From: a virus
Lineage: Duplodnaviria; Caudoviricetes
IMG/VR virus record: IMGVR_UViG_3300051213_000340
Span: 1 to 60,814 of that record
DNA: 60,814 nucleotides
Strand: one strand, 5' to 3'
A program made the translations under genes and the position numbers. Below are positions 18,801 to 26,024 of this stretch, piece after piece. The notes under the pieces are model-generated. The model worked only from the letters and a program-made list of their open reading frames with translations, was not told where the DNA came from and searched no databases. Numbering within the stretch: position 1 is the stretch's first letter; each line of letters begins with the position of its first letter.

Positions 18801-20672
18801 GCGAAGATTTTTGGCTTCTTGGAATTGGTTATAAACAGAAGCATATGTTGCTCCAGCTGAACGGTTGAACGCTGGCAACGCCATAGCTGAAGTCGTACCT
18901 ATTTTAGAAATAAGGGAACTGTTATATGCTTTGATAGCGGCCATTGCTCCATTGGCTCCAGCTTCTTGAGTAGACTGTTTAATAAGTCCCTCAGCCAGAA
19001 GTCGTTTAGAAGCCTGTTCCAAAGTTTCGTTTGGCAATTGCCTAAACGCATTAGAAGCCATAGATTTAACTAGACCTTTTGCAGTGAGGCGGGCTCCAGA
19101 TTTAGCGGCAGCAAACGCAGCACCACCAGCTCCCGCTGCTGGAGCAGTGGCGAGAGAAAGGAGTGCAGTAGCGCCGACGTCAACAAGCATTGGCGCAATT
19201 GCTTCCATGAAATCTTGTCCAGTGCCCAATTCAGTATTGAACAAACGAGCAATTTCCCGACGGTCATTGCGCTCTTTAATGTTGCCAATCATGTAGTCGC
19301 GAGCCCAATCGGCCTTCGCCATCATTGGGAGAGCTGCAACTAGTTCTCCGAAACCATCCTGAACAGACTCAGCAATACCAGAAATACGAGTGGCCATCTC
19401 GCTAAAGTTTTCTGGATTGGAAGCGTACTCGCCCAAAATTTCGTAATCCTTTTTGCCAGCAGCACGTCCCGCTTGCAATGTGTTAAGCCACTTCTCAGAT
19501 GTCTCATCAAAGCGGGAGAGCTTTTCATTGTAGTGATCGAAGTTGGCTTGCAGGAACGGGATACGGCTATCCATGATTCGAGTGCGATCATCATCCGTAA
19601 GCTGTGGGTTCCCATCCAGAGCTGCTTTCAACTTGTTCTCGTCCGCCATAATGGACGGATTTACAAGCGGAGTTTCGTATCCGACATTACGGATATTTTT
19701 ATAAAGCTCTTCTGGATCTTCATAAATTTTAAATTTTCCTCCGCCGTTTGCACGTGCGTAAGCAGATTGAGTAAAAGCTTTTTCAATTTCTTGATCTGTA
19801 AATCCTTCATTATCTGGAAGCGTTTTGTTTACTTCCTTACGGATAGAAGCAAAATCTGGTTTTTGGACATCGGTAACTTCACGCCCTTCTCTATCCGCTT
19901 CTGCAAGTGTGTCAGCATATTTATCCAGTGTGGAGTTTGAAAGGCCACCCCAAATATTCTCGATAACGGATCGAGCTTCTGTGTAACGTTTCACTTTATA
20001 TGCTTCCTCTTTGAAGCCAGACGGGACTCTAGTTGTTGCGAGAATTCCAGCAGTATCAGCAAAAGTGATCCCACCGTCTGCACTGTTGCGAATAGAGTCG
20101 GCTAGATTCTCTTTGTCAAAAGAACTTCCAATGATATACTCTTGACGGCCTTCTGCGTTAGTAATTCTAGCAATTGGAAGTTCACCAGTTAGAACCTTCC
20201 TACGTTTGGCATCGTCATAATAACGATCAGCAACCGTCGCGGCATAAGACTCAAGCTCCATGCCCCTTTGTTTAGTGGCTTCATCCATCTCCTGCCCTTC
20301 GGGATAAGCTTCTTTGAATGCAAAATATCTAGAAGCTGCGTCCCATTCAGGAGTATCGTAATTAAACGTGGACTGGATCGCTTTGAGTTTGGTATCCAGA
20401 CTAGTATCTTCTGGAGCAAAGAGGCTTGCAAGATTGTCGCTATTGCTCCAATCGACATCTGGCTTTTCTTCTTTAAGACGTTCTATTGTTGTGTTTAGAA
20501 TGTCTTTCTCAATCTCTTCATTATAGACGTTGGCTTTAACGTACTCTTCCCTAACATAATTGCTCCAGTTCAAACGGTCTTTGACGACGTCGCCTGTAGA
20601 GTTCGTAGTTTTCCAGTTTGAAAATGATTCAAATTCTGGCTCTTGTTGAGTCAAGTCGTCTAGTTCTGTCAT
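9837..20672 (-). CDS. Giant internal virion / large polyvalent-type protein (3611 aa)
   Basis: Gly/Ala hydrophobic segments near N-terminus, E/P/A-rich linker, HEGRSR ParB-like motif, zincin HEYIH with downstream EEFVA, second degenerate zincin NEELFH, helical C-terminus. Confidence 0.8.
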   Translation of the reverse strand: MTELDDLTQQEPEFESFSNWKTTNSTGDVVKDRLNWSNYVREEYVKANVYNEEIEKDILNTTIERLKEEKPDVDWSNSDNLASLFAPEDTSLDTKLKAIQSTFNYDTPEWDAASRYFAFKEAYPEGQEMDEATKQRGMELESYAATVADRYYDDAKRRKVLTGELPIARITNAEGRQEYIIGSSFDKENLADSIRNSADGGITFADTAGILATTRVPSGFKEEAYKVKRYTEARSVIENIWGGLSNSTLDKYADTLAEADREGREVTDVQKPDFASIRKEVNKTLPDNEGFTDQEIEKAFTQSAYARANGGGKFKIYEDPEELYKNIRNVGYETPLVNPSIMADENKLKAALDGNPQLTDDDRTRIMDSRIPFLQANFDHYNEKLSRFDETSEKWLNTLQAGRAAGKKDYEILGEYASNPENFSEMATRISGIAESVQDGFGELVAALPMMAKADWARDYMIGNIKERNDRREIARLFNTELGTGQDFMEAIAPMLVDVGATALLSLATAPAAGAGGAAFAAAKSGARLTAKGLVKSMASNAFRQLPNETLEQASKRLLAEGLIKQSTQEAGANGAMAAIKAYNSSLISKIGTTSAMALPAFNRSAGATYASVYNQFQEAKNLRDKLQKEGKWDSLSDVEKKRIENHANMTPEQMHDRALGAGLTSGAITAAITSSFGALGRGALEDALLGGASKKQIKNILTKITKIDDIKDEEFTQVVSKAFDSTLKKFGSTKFTKEAARNALDEGMEEGLDDFINSFVSDAATDENTPFLQRLESAGRSALIGAGMGAGVPAVKATKDLVMRQSNAEQRRLAEITFAQDISNRLAETSPISAQTVLSILKAPRSGRAAYAASKLAEARATVSPPQVPVVPEDGTTVKDEAGVGEPEPSLNVLTPRNLTNMGAEPEVVFVPEVVAPEEQAAATEPVAEEGPTIDVEAEVIQPEVPLLETQEEVAAEEPVEVERPVAETLPKADPERVKLIQDRLSNVTQEEVEQAIREEMVVVEDEGPQQIKPLPAPVSEVEVEIEPPIQAAAPVAAEKTLPAIQAEATSITTPEKTVEETDAPEDALAFTKEDEIRINTQAESLGVNKEEVMKHLVDTFNNIQIASGNMEPVVEKTAPKKAAKAPVAKATTAKAPVAKTKAPITEATTPPKIKWDVRGIGNTPRQIDVNYFGFTVPMLPSEFRKLVPEGVSDPDTKEYIKGKIQEGESIAPPYLNVTWNDERKVWVLNPKQHEGRSRTDAASEIEPDVAMPVSLLLLGTKRARHLTDEMRNAPIVFENNLNKIVFKQQPQAVQTETPKQKNAIEKAVSASRDEVVERLAQAGAPIRFMRGSRYGMPKGFDSDISESDLSDNLAKRVFELYKPLSTDEVSELYQIPISLFKTKQTKRTSWWNPFKQQFVESEKIKFHTVVDGGRITGLFDNNPFTVAAALKSKMPIYIPNTFSGNINKAIKYDKQTGVIYDVRFPDPRNPLSELSIVNDKESTKPVSDVAETISKQFVFTDGIKPPLDSTLDVHRDLENLGEQSPKEGSPTTTYYKAIDSFNRFINAVYPQVTGSPVAKKAIGQSNALLKLFGFGDKKKGLTPAQTRTANETAIMELVPEFYLTLFRGELYQTLQNNNAIVSDATKEKNKYSIDPASVAKARSILLERIKVPEDFKLPEYIKDKSTQEAQAYFLLTSGFKTGQTLPKIDGVTMRGEDINADSSNVIIDQFIFNSINDDTSRPDKNGLFPNVGAVVKRVSERVMGRLKYEKETASKNDFYDAAIQFEGDVSDVSRLELDAALEEIYGSSNPYDIHSSLDSLKAEKVFRNVRKEVEQLLRTDADIAKSIRRLAKRTVYANEPELADNKFPVDVFRDIAQWASPSTNKQTAAESFTFRRQLLDHFPVANVTSALVHDAFEASGAFAYDFTRVADANTVSILVRNGLTEKEAKFVLEKRNLKRIMEETGVTEQEAASILESQRKVQFRYSAPSFIRSKYREFYRRLNQKEINRLGLESGNSQSVYDALRQISTKGLSKENRAVAKLLLRFQSTILNTRFLITDIKNNKAGDFSRGVDGTNMVYLNKSGFYGVGVESVLLHEYIHAITVDVLNRPNASLTPAQRSAKTRLNGLMQLAMKQYNSELQKTGVGSLEFEAATVNIEEFVATFFSSPSFQSKLKLLQQEEIKSRSFFARIYDAILDFFGIKPKTDIDKAFAALVDLSTLGNIDDQYSIESQVDRSLVETRNNGASRRIVPVKSSDAEVRMTSFEPIDSNIDSTPEQEAGINQLIDQAISSLVPDNVEVTVFETQEEADRNGIFKDRPEAAVVAALMQDSEGRSVSAIFVNRSKMREALLSRSSNIENPLMAKAMMESIFNEELFHVAEFYAFTTEEITELANTMSDVEFDDIIDDYTSVPARRDQLKLALRRDDNAEIKNQLIGEMLRMRAQKITRGFTTEEDIAFYESNPSLMRIAFRYMRGFFRRMYARYNINKNNPELAAAIHRMSTELRFLQEGTYNPDTHSAFDPNNPDANFEIIRQRFTATAAEITADTTDEEIERRFKGLFDSLELPVSLFSAGEYKHMSTRLEKLFKGDIDPRIQTLFKSQKFFEQATDKLGKSMMVKINKLITETYGKGGIDPSVLSDATGTTEFIKIDKKLKQSFQEDYRNAKAARTEAVARGEIDKKWISTDALAAMRKAMIKDRIDAETDKARQEIRARQARAIERISKDSPQLAAALVEMRKVTDLMSKKVKEKYNLSESMQVKFDANMGIYLTRAYKAFNEEGYIERVLESNDPKFVEIRQEASVYFRDRYIKQLANKKLRVSKNNAKITGTAPITKEKAIELATDEVNNDPAIISQFMAQFLRSYSPDYIGRVGTLPKGVTKSLIDNLRRKSDLDPSVRKLLGEYDQETEGLNNLLRTYSVVSTMVARQSFYNNLIDMAKLRPVIGPDGNPVLDENGEPVQDGFLLTEDDLRERIKKNPMMQQEYVNIRTGKLYTPDTEEKVPQGLAGQYDPTYNYYGPKEMVDGMRRMYTPPVIDENLTGAQQAVNTVVTTFNSLTGLSLGVKTLGSIPFYFRNIIGNMAFFAPSQGVSFNTYGKMLKNLKYVGEKFMRPDEINEYQAELISLGVLNNELNANLVKDMLSNKFNMERINEEIHTISGKIKMAAAKGEEFIKPLTSRLSELSQAVDGFYKMAYFENEVSTLTKAKEADIREGRTDSFYAKLSDYEIKYEAARKVKATAQSYSEAPPIVRESVRTVGMFIAPFLRFKTEVPRIIYNTYTEALAEIRSGNPVMVSRGWKRFTGMTSILGVLSAAVPTAIQMAMGIGEDEDEVLRSTVPEYSRDNTFFYYPWDGKLRSMDFTFLNPFASVIDPFLRAGENIFRGNPVDAMVSFTNAFMSQYLDMQIFSGAVLDTVYNKDSSTGQPIYYDSDKLNIFGKSLEYILLKVYTPPTLEKAYRAITSARGVAVDPQYEPLAIALDAIKPIKSYPVELKDRAERFLKDKMSERSDFDSRKNIAKSKRGIPDSQIREAAREFVESRVRIEGEIYKGLRGLSGVKGFGMTEKELVSLMRSSDIKMGPRRIMLLQNKMIEKPVLSPKFIEDMLQLEEGGEGIRRLNIMQDEINRLFPSRFAPLNL

Positions 20673-20703
20673 AGCAGTACTCTTTCTATTATGTTAGTGT
20701 AGG

Positions 20704-21669
20704 TTATTTAGATTTCTCAGAGATTTTTGAGGCTGGTTTTGTTCCCGTACGAGCAGTGTATTCGTCGTAAAGTTTTCCGTAAACGTCTGTTACAAGAGTT
20801 GAGTCGTTCGGAATATCTCCTTCATCAAGATCAGCCGCTAATGGGTTCCGCGCTTTGTACATCTTAAAAAGGATTCTCCTATCGATTTCTTTCAAGAAGG
20901 GTTTTGTAACGTCGGTTGTACCAGTTGTACCAGTACCCCATTCTTTGTCTCCGGCTGTAAGTTCATCTTTTGCCGGAGAAAGTTTTTGGATGTAATCAAG
21001 TTGGTCTTTAAGAACAGCAGTCTTGCCCTTTTCTTTTTCCTCTTGGCTTTCAAGACGTTTTTCAAAAAGTTTTTGTTGTTGTGCTGATTCTAGCTCTTGT
21101 TGCTGCTTCTGTTTAACCGTATCAGCAAGAACGCCCAATGTTTGAGCCGCTTCTGTTCCGGTTCCAGCAATAGTTTGTGCAGCGGACTTATCTCCAAGTT
21201 CTGCTGCTCTGTAAGCCGCTTGTTTGCGTAGAGCCTCATTAACGTCTTTCGTACCCAAAGCTTTGATCGTATTATCAAAAAAGTTATTGACGAGCGGGCT
21301 ACCGAACTTAGCGTATCCAAGCCGCATTTTCTCAGCTTCAAGAATCTTAGTTGGCGTATCCATATTCGGATTGTCAATAAGCGCCGTAAGCATCGGCTCT
21401 ATTTTAGGTAGAGCTTCTTCAAGATCCAATTGGTCTTGGATTTGTTTGCGTGTTTTTTGTAAATTTAATTGGGCTTCCTCAAATGCAATTTGTTGTCTCT
21501 GTGCCGCTTGTTGGATCTCGGCAATTCTCACGGCTGAGGCTTCACGGGCCACGTCCACCCCTTCTCTCAAAAATTTTTGCTGTGCAAAATAAGCTGGTGA
21601 GATAGCCCCACCAAAATTGTTTCCACGGAGAGGAGCGATGTCGGACTCGTATGAAAAGGGATCAGCCAT
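20704..21669 (-). CDS. Probable internal virion (ejection) protein (321 aa)
   Basis: Q/A/K-rich helical protein directly upstream of the giant gene, as in podovirus ejection operons. Confidence 0.6.
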   Translation of the reverse strand: MADPFSYESDIAPLRGNNFGGAISPAYFAQQKFLREGVDVAREASAVRIAEIQQAAQRQQIAFEEAQLNLQKTRKQIQDQLDLEEALPKIEPMLTALIDNPNMDTPTKILEAEKMRLGYAKFGSPLVNNFFDNTIKALGTKDVNEALRKQAAYRAAELGDKSAAQTIAGTGTEAAQTLGVLADTVKQKQQQELESAQQQKLFEKRLESQEEKEKGKTAVLKDQLDYIQKLSPAKDELTAGDKEWGTGTTGTTDVTKPFLKEIDRRILFKMYKARNPLAADLDEGDIPNDSTLVTDVYGKLYDEYTARTGTKPASKISEKSK

Positions 21670-21680
21670 AGTAAGATTTA

Positions 21681-22430
21681 TTACTTAATAAAGTAGGGCA
21701 TTTGTTTTGTCTCCCCATCTTCAGGCGGTTTGTTCATTTTTAAAAAGGCGTCGATTCTAGCACGTTGTTCTTCCCTATCCAAAGCAATTTGTTCATTTTG
21801 CAAGAGGAGTTCCTGTTCAGCTCGATATAAATTGGCGGCGGCAATGTTCTGCATTTCTTTAGGCAGAGAAGATCTACGTCCACCAATTTGAGTTCCAGAA
21901 GGTCGAGTCTCAAGACCGCCGACAGCTCCCTGAACCCCACGAATTGGTTGTCCTGTATTTTTATCGTAACGAGTTAGTGCTGATGAGGAGCCAATTGGCT
22001 TATTTTGCATTTGGGACAAATTGTCAAGATTTGGGGTAAACAAACGATTCTCCGCAGCAGTAGCCGCTACTGGTGTTTGTTTATTAGCTTCCTGCGACAT
22101 CTTAGCCAGTGCGGGAGCAGATCCTTCCGGAGCTTCAGCCTCAAATTCACTGCGGTATTTCTTATAGAGACCACTCAACTGGCCGCGAGAAACACCGATA
22201 TCGGCCCCAATTTTGACCATTTGTTCAGGATCAACCTTAACTTCATCGCGAGCAAATTGTTTAAGTATAGAACCTAACTCTTGTCGTTTCTCCAAACGGC
22301 TCGCTTCTGGAGCTGCTGGAGCGGTTGGAGCGGTTGGTGGGTTAGCTTTAGCAGCGGCCAAACGGGCCTTCTCTTCTTCAAAACGTTTCCGAACATCCGG
22401 CGGTAATGATGTTAGTGCAGGTCCAGCCAT
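21681..22430 (-). CDS. Probable internal virion protein (~249 aa)
   Basis: Low-complexity, A/P/Q-rich; start placed at ATG 22430 because a -10 box overlaps the upstream ATG. Confidence 0.6.
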   Translation of the reverse strand: MAGPALTSLPPDVRKRFEEEKARLAAAKANPPTAPTAPAAPEASRLEKRQELGSILKQFARDEVKVDPEQMVKIGADIGVSRGQLSGLYKKYRSEFEAEAPEGSAPALAKMSQEANKQTPVAATAAENRLFTPNLDNLSQMQNKPIGSSSALTRYDKNTGQPIRGVQGAVGGLETRPSGTQIGGRRSSLPKEMQNIAAANLYRAEQELLLQNEQIALDREEQRARIDAFLKMNKPPEDGETKQMPYFIK

Positions 22431-22437
22431 ATCGAGC

Positions 22438-22466
22438 ATTTTAAAGGTCGATGCTTACGATGTCAA
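22438..22466 (-). promoter_or_regulatory. Leaderless-type sigma70 promoter
   Basis: TTGACA-17-TAAAAT-7 nt-ATG. Confidence 0.75.
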
Positions 22467-22473
22467 CACATTA

Positions 22474-22767
22474 TCACCACAAGTATTTACAAGCCCAATG
22501 GCGGGCAGTCGTCTTATCGTTCGCCGTCTGGCAATTGTGTCTAGAGCGGAAGTTAGCCCGCCGCTTCGGATCTTTGTGCTGCGTAAAATCCTCGTAGCCT
22601 CTCGCGCCAAAAGAAACCTTTTTGATTTTGTCACCTTCCTTACCCAAAACCACAAACTTCTTTGGAGAACCTGCTGGTGCTTTCTTCGGTTTGTTAAAAC
22701 CAGCATACTTCTCTCCCATATATTGGATCTGACCGGAAGGTAGTCTCTTAAATCGTTTGTTAGCCAC
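22474..22767 (-). CDS. Small basic protein, DUF5754-like
   Basis: KVSFGARGYEDFTQHKDPKRRANFRSRH...ARHWACKYLW pattern. Confidence 0.7.
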   Translation of the reverse strand: MANKRFKRLPSGQIQYMGEKYAGFNKPKKAPAGSPKKFVVLGKEGDKIKKVSFGARGYEDFTQHKDPKRRANFRSRHNCQTANDKTTARHWACKYLW

Positions 22768-22773
22768 AGACAG

Positions 22774-22801
22774 ATCTTATCAAAAATTTGGTGAAAGTCA
22801 A
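22774..22801 (-). promoter_or_regulatory. Leaderless-type promoter
   Basis: TTGACT-16-TAAGAT (with TGn extension)-6 nt-GTG. Confidence 0.6.
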
Positions 22802-22817
22802 TACAGTCTCAAGACTA

Positions 22818-22949
22818 GTCAATAATTTTCCCACCCCCCTTATATAAAAGTGTTTTCTATTTGGCTTACCTAATGTGTCCGACACATTAGGTACATCAAT
22901 ATGTTAAAGACTTTTTGAGTGGGGGTATTTTCCGACACATTAGGTCACG
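22818..22949. repeat. Copy 2 of ~130-bp palindromic element
   Basis: Perfect 13-bp inverted repeat TACCTAATGTGTC-C-GACACATTAGGTA (22867-22893), third half-site at 22934. Confidence 0.9.
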
Positions 22950-23033
22950 GCGTTACCGTTCGGTAACGAACGGCGTTATTTGCACATGAGCGGCACATAA
23001 GATTCCCGTTCGGGAATCCTGTATCCTGTACCC

Positions 23034-24821
23034 TTAATCCAGAGCCGCTGTCATGTCCGACGAAAGGGCGTTCTGGAGCGACTTGAAGGTCACCTGTCTC
23101 CGGAATCCGGAACCAGTTTCATCGTTCGGTGGCTCGACGGCCACTAGACCTAAGCGTTGACGGGCGCAGTCCAGAGCCAGAAAGGCGGCGTCCGCTAAGT
23201 CCGGCGATTTGCCGAAGCGGGACTTGAACTCTGGCTTCGACTCGATCTTGACTTTGAGCGTACCGCCTTTAACCAGATCGTAGTTTCTGGCGCAGATCTC
23301 CTGAGCAAGATCAGCAGAGACTCCGAAGATCTGTTTGGTTCGCATTAGTTCCTTCCCAACGAACCAGAGTTCGGATACACGGTTCACGTAGAGTTCTTCG
23401 CCAGTTAGCTTGCTGTTGGCGCTGACCCGCTTTTCCGACGGCTTGCCACCGAAACTGACGCGGAAGATCGAAGATGACCACTCGCCAGCCAGAACGTCGC
23501 AGAACGGAGCACCAGCGCCAGTGGCGTCAACTGCCACGTTTTCTGGTAGGATGCCCTTCCTGACGCAATGGTCTTTGATTTGGCGTACGATCTGGTAAGT
23601 CCGTGGAACTGCCTTATTAGTGGCATCATCGTTCAAGTGGATCGCCTCATCGAACTCCAGTACATAGTGGCCCGCTTTATTGTATCCTACTTTGGCTACA
23701 TACAGGATCGTCCTGTCGCCGCCGTTAGTAAAGGCAGGATCTAGTCCGGCGACCAGCAGTGGTTTTGCTGCCCACTCGACTTTGCTCATGGCTCCACTGG
23801 CGGAAAGCTCCGCTTCGCTGTAGATTCCTTGAGTCTCGTCGCTGTCAAAGAAAACGGCACGAACCATCCGCATGTAGCCGCGAGACTCCTGTCCTAAAAG
23901 GGCTCTGTCCTCAGCCAGCTTCTCCTCCGTCGGTAGCCACGGATAGAGTGTCTCGCCAGCCAGAATGTTCGGGCTTCGCTCGCCGTCCAGCCTTAGATAA
24001 AAACCATTCCACTTCGTGTCCCAATTGTCCGCCGTATTAGTGTCTACGGATTCCCAACCCTTTTTCGGTTCCGCCCATACTCCGAATGCGTCGAAGCGGC
24101 TGTTCGGGTTGGACATCCCGATCATCTGGAGGAACGGGTTTTTAGACAAGTTGGTCAGACCAGCATGAAGAATCGCCTCCGACAATTCGGAAAGCTCGTC
24201 CGCAATTACGATGACGCGCTTCTGCTTGATACCGATGAATTTGCCGACAGCTTCGCGAGTCTTGCTCTTTTCAGCGGCGATCAGCATCAGGCCAGCCCGT
24301 TCGATCAAGTCTCCGTTCTCGTTGATGTAGGCTACGCTGCCAATTGAATCCCGAATCTTGCACGGTGCTGCCTGAACCACTGTAAGGAGTGAGATGACTG
24401 AACCCCAAATCCGGCGTCTGGCTTCCCGCAAAGTGGTACTGGTCATCATGACCAGCGTGTCTTGCGGCTCCGACAACCAGTTGATGATACCCCATGCCGC
24501 CATCGTATGGGACTTTCCAGAGCTTGCGGAACCGCCGATTGCCAGATACTTATTGCGGATCGCTGCACGGATCATTTCCTCCGCCCACGGATGCCGAACC
24601 ATCAGCGGCTCTGGCAGTTCTGAATTATTCCATAGCTCGTCACAGCATCGCCAGAAGTAGAACTCTTTGGCCCGTGGACTGGTGTGGTTGGCAAATCCGT
24701 ACAGAAGAGCCGTCAAAAGATTGGTCGGCGGGATCAGCAAACCTCCGACGTCCATCTTCTTCGTCGTCGGGTCAATTCGTGGCTCCAATAATTTTTTAGT
24801 TTTTTCTGAAGAAGAACTCAT
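23034..24821 (-). CDS. terL: Terminase large subunit
   Basis: Walker A GGSASSGKS, Walker B VIADE, motif III MSNP, nuclease GLDPA, AVDATG, SPDLADA. Confidence 0.92.
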   Translation of the reverse strand: MSSSSEKTKKLLEPRIDPTTKKMDVGGLLIPPTNLLTALLYGFANHTSPRAKEFYFWRCCDELWNNSELPEPLMVRHPWAEEMIRAAIRNKYLAIGGSASSGKSHTMAAWGIINWLSEPQDTLVMMTSTTLREARRRIWGSVISLLTVVQAAPCKIRDSIGSVAYINENGDLIERAGLMLIAAEKSKTREAVGKFIGIKQKRVIVIADELSELSEAILHAGLTNLSKNPFLQMIGMSNPNSRFDAFGVWAEPKKGWESVDTNTADNWDTKWNGFYLRLDGERSPNILAGETLYPWLPTEEKLAEDRALLGQESRGYMRMVRAVFFDSDETQGIYSEAELSASGAMSKVEWAAKPLLVAGLDPAFTNGGDRTILYVAKVGYNKAGHYVLEFDEAIHLNDDATNKAVPRTYQIVRQIKDHCVRKGILPENVAVDATGAGAPFCDVLAGEWSSSIFRVSFGGKPSEKRVSANSKLTGEELYVNRVSELWFVGKELMRTKQIFGVSADLAQEICARNYDLVKGGTLKVKIESKPEFKSRFGKSPDLADAAFLALDCARQRLGLVAVEPPNDETGSGFRRQVTFKSLQNALSSDMTAALD

Positions 24822-24872
24822 TTTTTACTTGCGCGGTTAACCTACTTAGTTTAAACAGATCGTCAACAACTA

Positions 24873-25472
24873 ATGAACGACGACTCCGATACCGAAAATT
24901 TGGTGCTCGAAAGGGCGCTAGAGATGTATGCAAAAGACTATAAAATAAAGACTATTGCAAAAGAATTGAACGTCCATGCTGGAACAGTTCGACGATGGTT
25001 CAAGAAAGCTGGCATTCCGGCTAAGAAGAACGGCTTCGCCCGTCCGAAGAACAAGCCAGTTGCTGATGTGTACACTGACCAGCTGGCGGTGGATCTGGAA
25101 GAAAATCTCGAAGACTACACGGAGGACGCGATCCGTCTGGCCAAACACGATGCCCGCATGGCAGAGGATTCCGCGATGATGGACATTGCTGAAGCGCAGT
25201 CCACGCCAGCCGACAAGTACCAGCACTACATCGCCGCCGCCGGAATCAAGCTGCTGCGCGACTCTATGAAGAATTTGAGGGGGCCGAAGACTGTTCGGGA
25301 ACTCTCAGAACTAGACCAAATGATCCGTCGGAATTTGGGCTTGAACTCAAAAAGCGGCGGAGGCCAAAGCAAAATGCACATTGACATATCCATCCTAAAT
25401 AATTCTAAAGCAGACCGTGGAAACGGTTCTGTCTCCAAAATGAAACCAACCATAATTGATGTAGAATCCTAA
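24873..25472 (+). CDS. N-terminal HTH protein, terminase small subunit-like
   Basis: ALEMY....IKTIAKELNVHAGTVRRW HTH, helical middle, C-terminal IDISILN...IIDVES tail; adjacent and divergent to terL. Confidence 0.6.
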   Translation: MNDDSDTENLVLERALEMYAKDYKIKTIAKELNVHAGTVRRWFKKAGIPAKKNGFARPKNKPVADVYTDQLAVDLEENLEDYTEDAIRLAKHDARMAEDSAMMDIAEAQSTPADKYQHYIAAAGIKLLRDSMKNLRGPKTVRELSELDQMIRRNLGLNSKSGGGQSKMHIDISILNNSKADRGNGSVSKMKPTIIDVES

Positions 25473-25473
25473 T

Positions 25474-25713
25474 ATGTTTAAGTACGTAATATCCGAACTG
25501 AATCCGACTTCTCTAGTAAAGAAGAATCTGCCAAACAACGACTTCACATTTGAGGTCAAACAGTTGGCGGGACTTTTTTACAGGACGTTCCCGTACACAG
25601 CGAGAGAAGTATTTTTTCTCCAGTCCCTTTCAAAAGGAAGCACTATTCATGTGCCTGAAAGCGGCGATGGTGTTTTGGTGCGGGCCGACATCATCGATAA
25701 TCTACGAAGATAA
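25474..25713 (+). CDS. Hypothetical protein (79 aa)
   Basis: Tightly packed in operon. Confidence 0.65.
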   Translation: MFKYVISELNPTSLVKKNLPNNDFTFEVKQLAGLFYRTFPYTAREVFFLQSLSKGSTIHVPESGDGVLVRADIIDNLRR

Positions 25714-26024
25714 TGGATAGACGTTTTACGAAAGAAAATCAAAGTTTGATTTTAGCTCTGGTCTCGCGAGAATTTGCTTGCGAGCCAGAGATTTTATTTA
25801 CCAGCAACCGATCTGCCAGAGCTGCGAATGCGCGTCATGTCGCGATGTCGCTCATGAAAGCCCTCATGGATTGCACCTTTGCAGAGATAGCTGTATTGTT
25901 TAATCGAGACCATTCTACTGTCATACACGCTAAAAGGCGAATTGACGCTAATAAAAAGCTACAGACAATAGCTTTGAAAATAGCGAAAAAATATAAAGAA
26001 GAAACTGAAAGAAATGTAGAATGA
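25713..26024 (+). CDS. Stand-alone DnaA C-terminal (domain IV) DNA-binding protein
   Basis: ARHVAMSL......FAEIAVLFNRDHSTVIHA matches the DnaA domain IV signature. Confidence 0.85.
   Translation: MDRRFTKENQSLILALVSREFACEPEILFTSNRSARAANARHVAMSLMKALMDCTFAEIAVLFNRDHSTVIHAKRRIDANKKLQTIALKIAKKYKEETERNVE

Noticed and set aside
9837-20672. Virion RNA polymerase (N4- or crAss-like)
   Set aside because: Size fits, but I found no DxDxD or convincing T7-like polymerase motifs, and the early promoters are host sigma70 type; not excluded without a structure search
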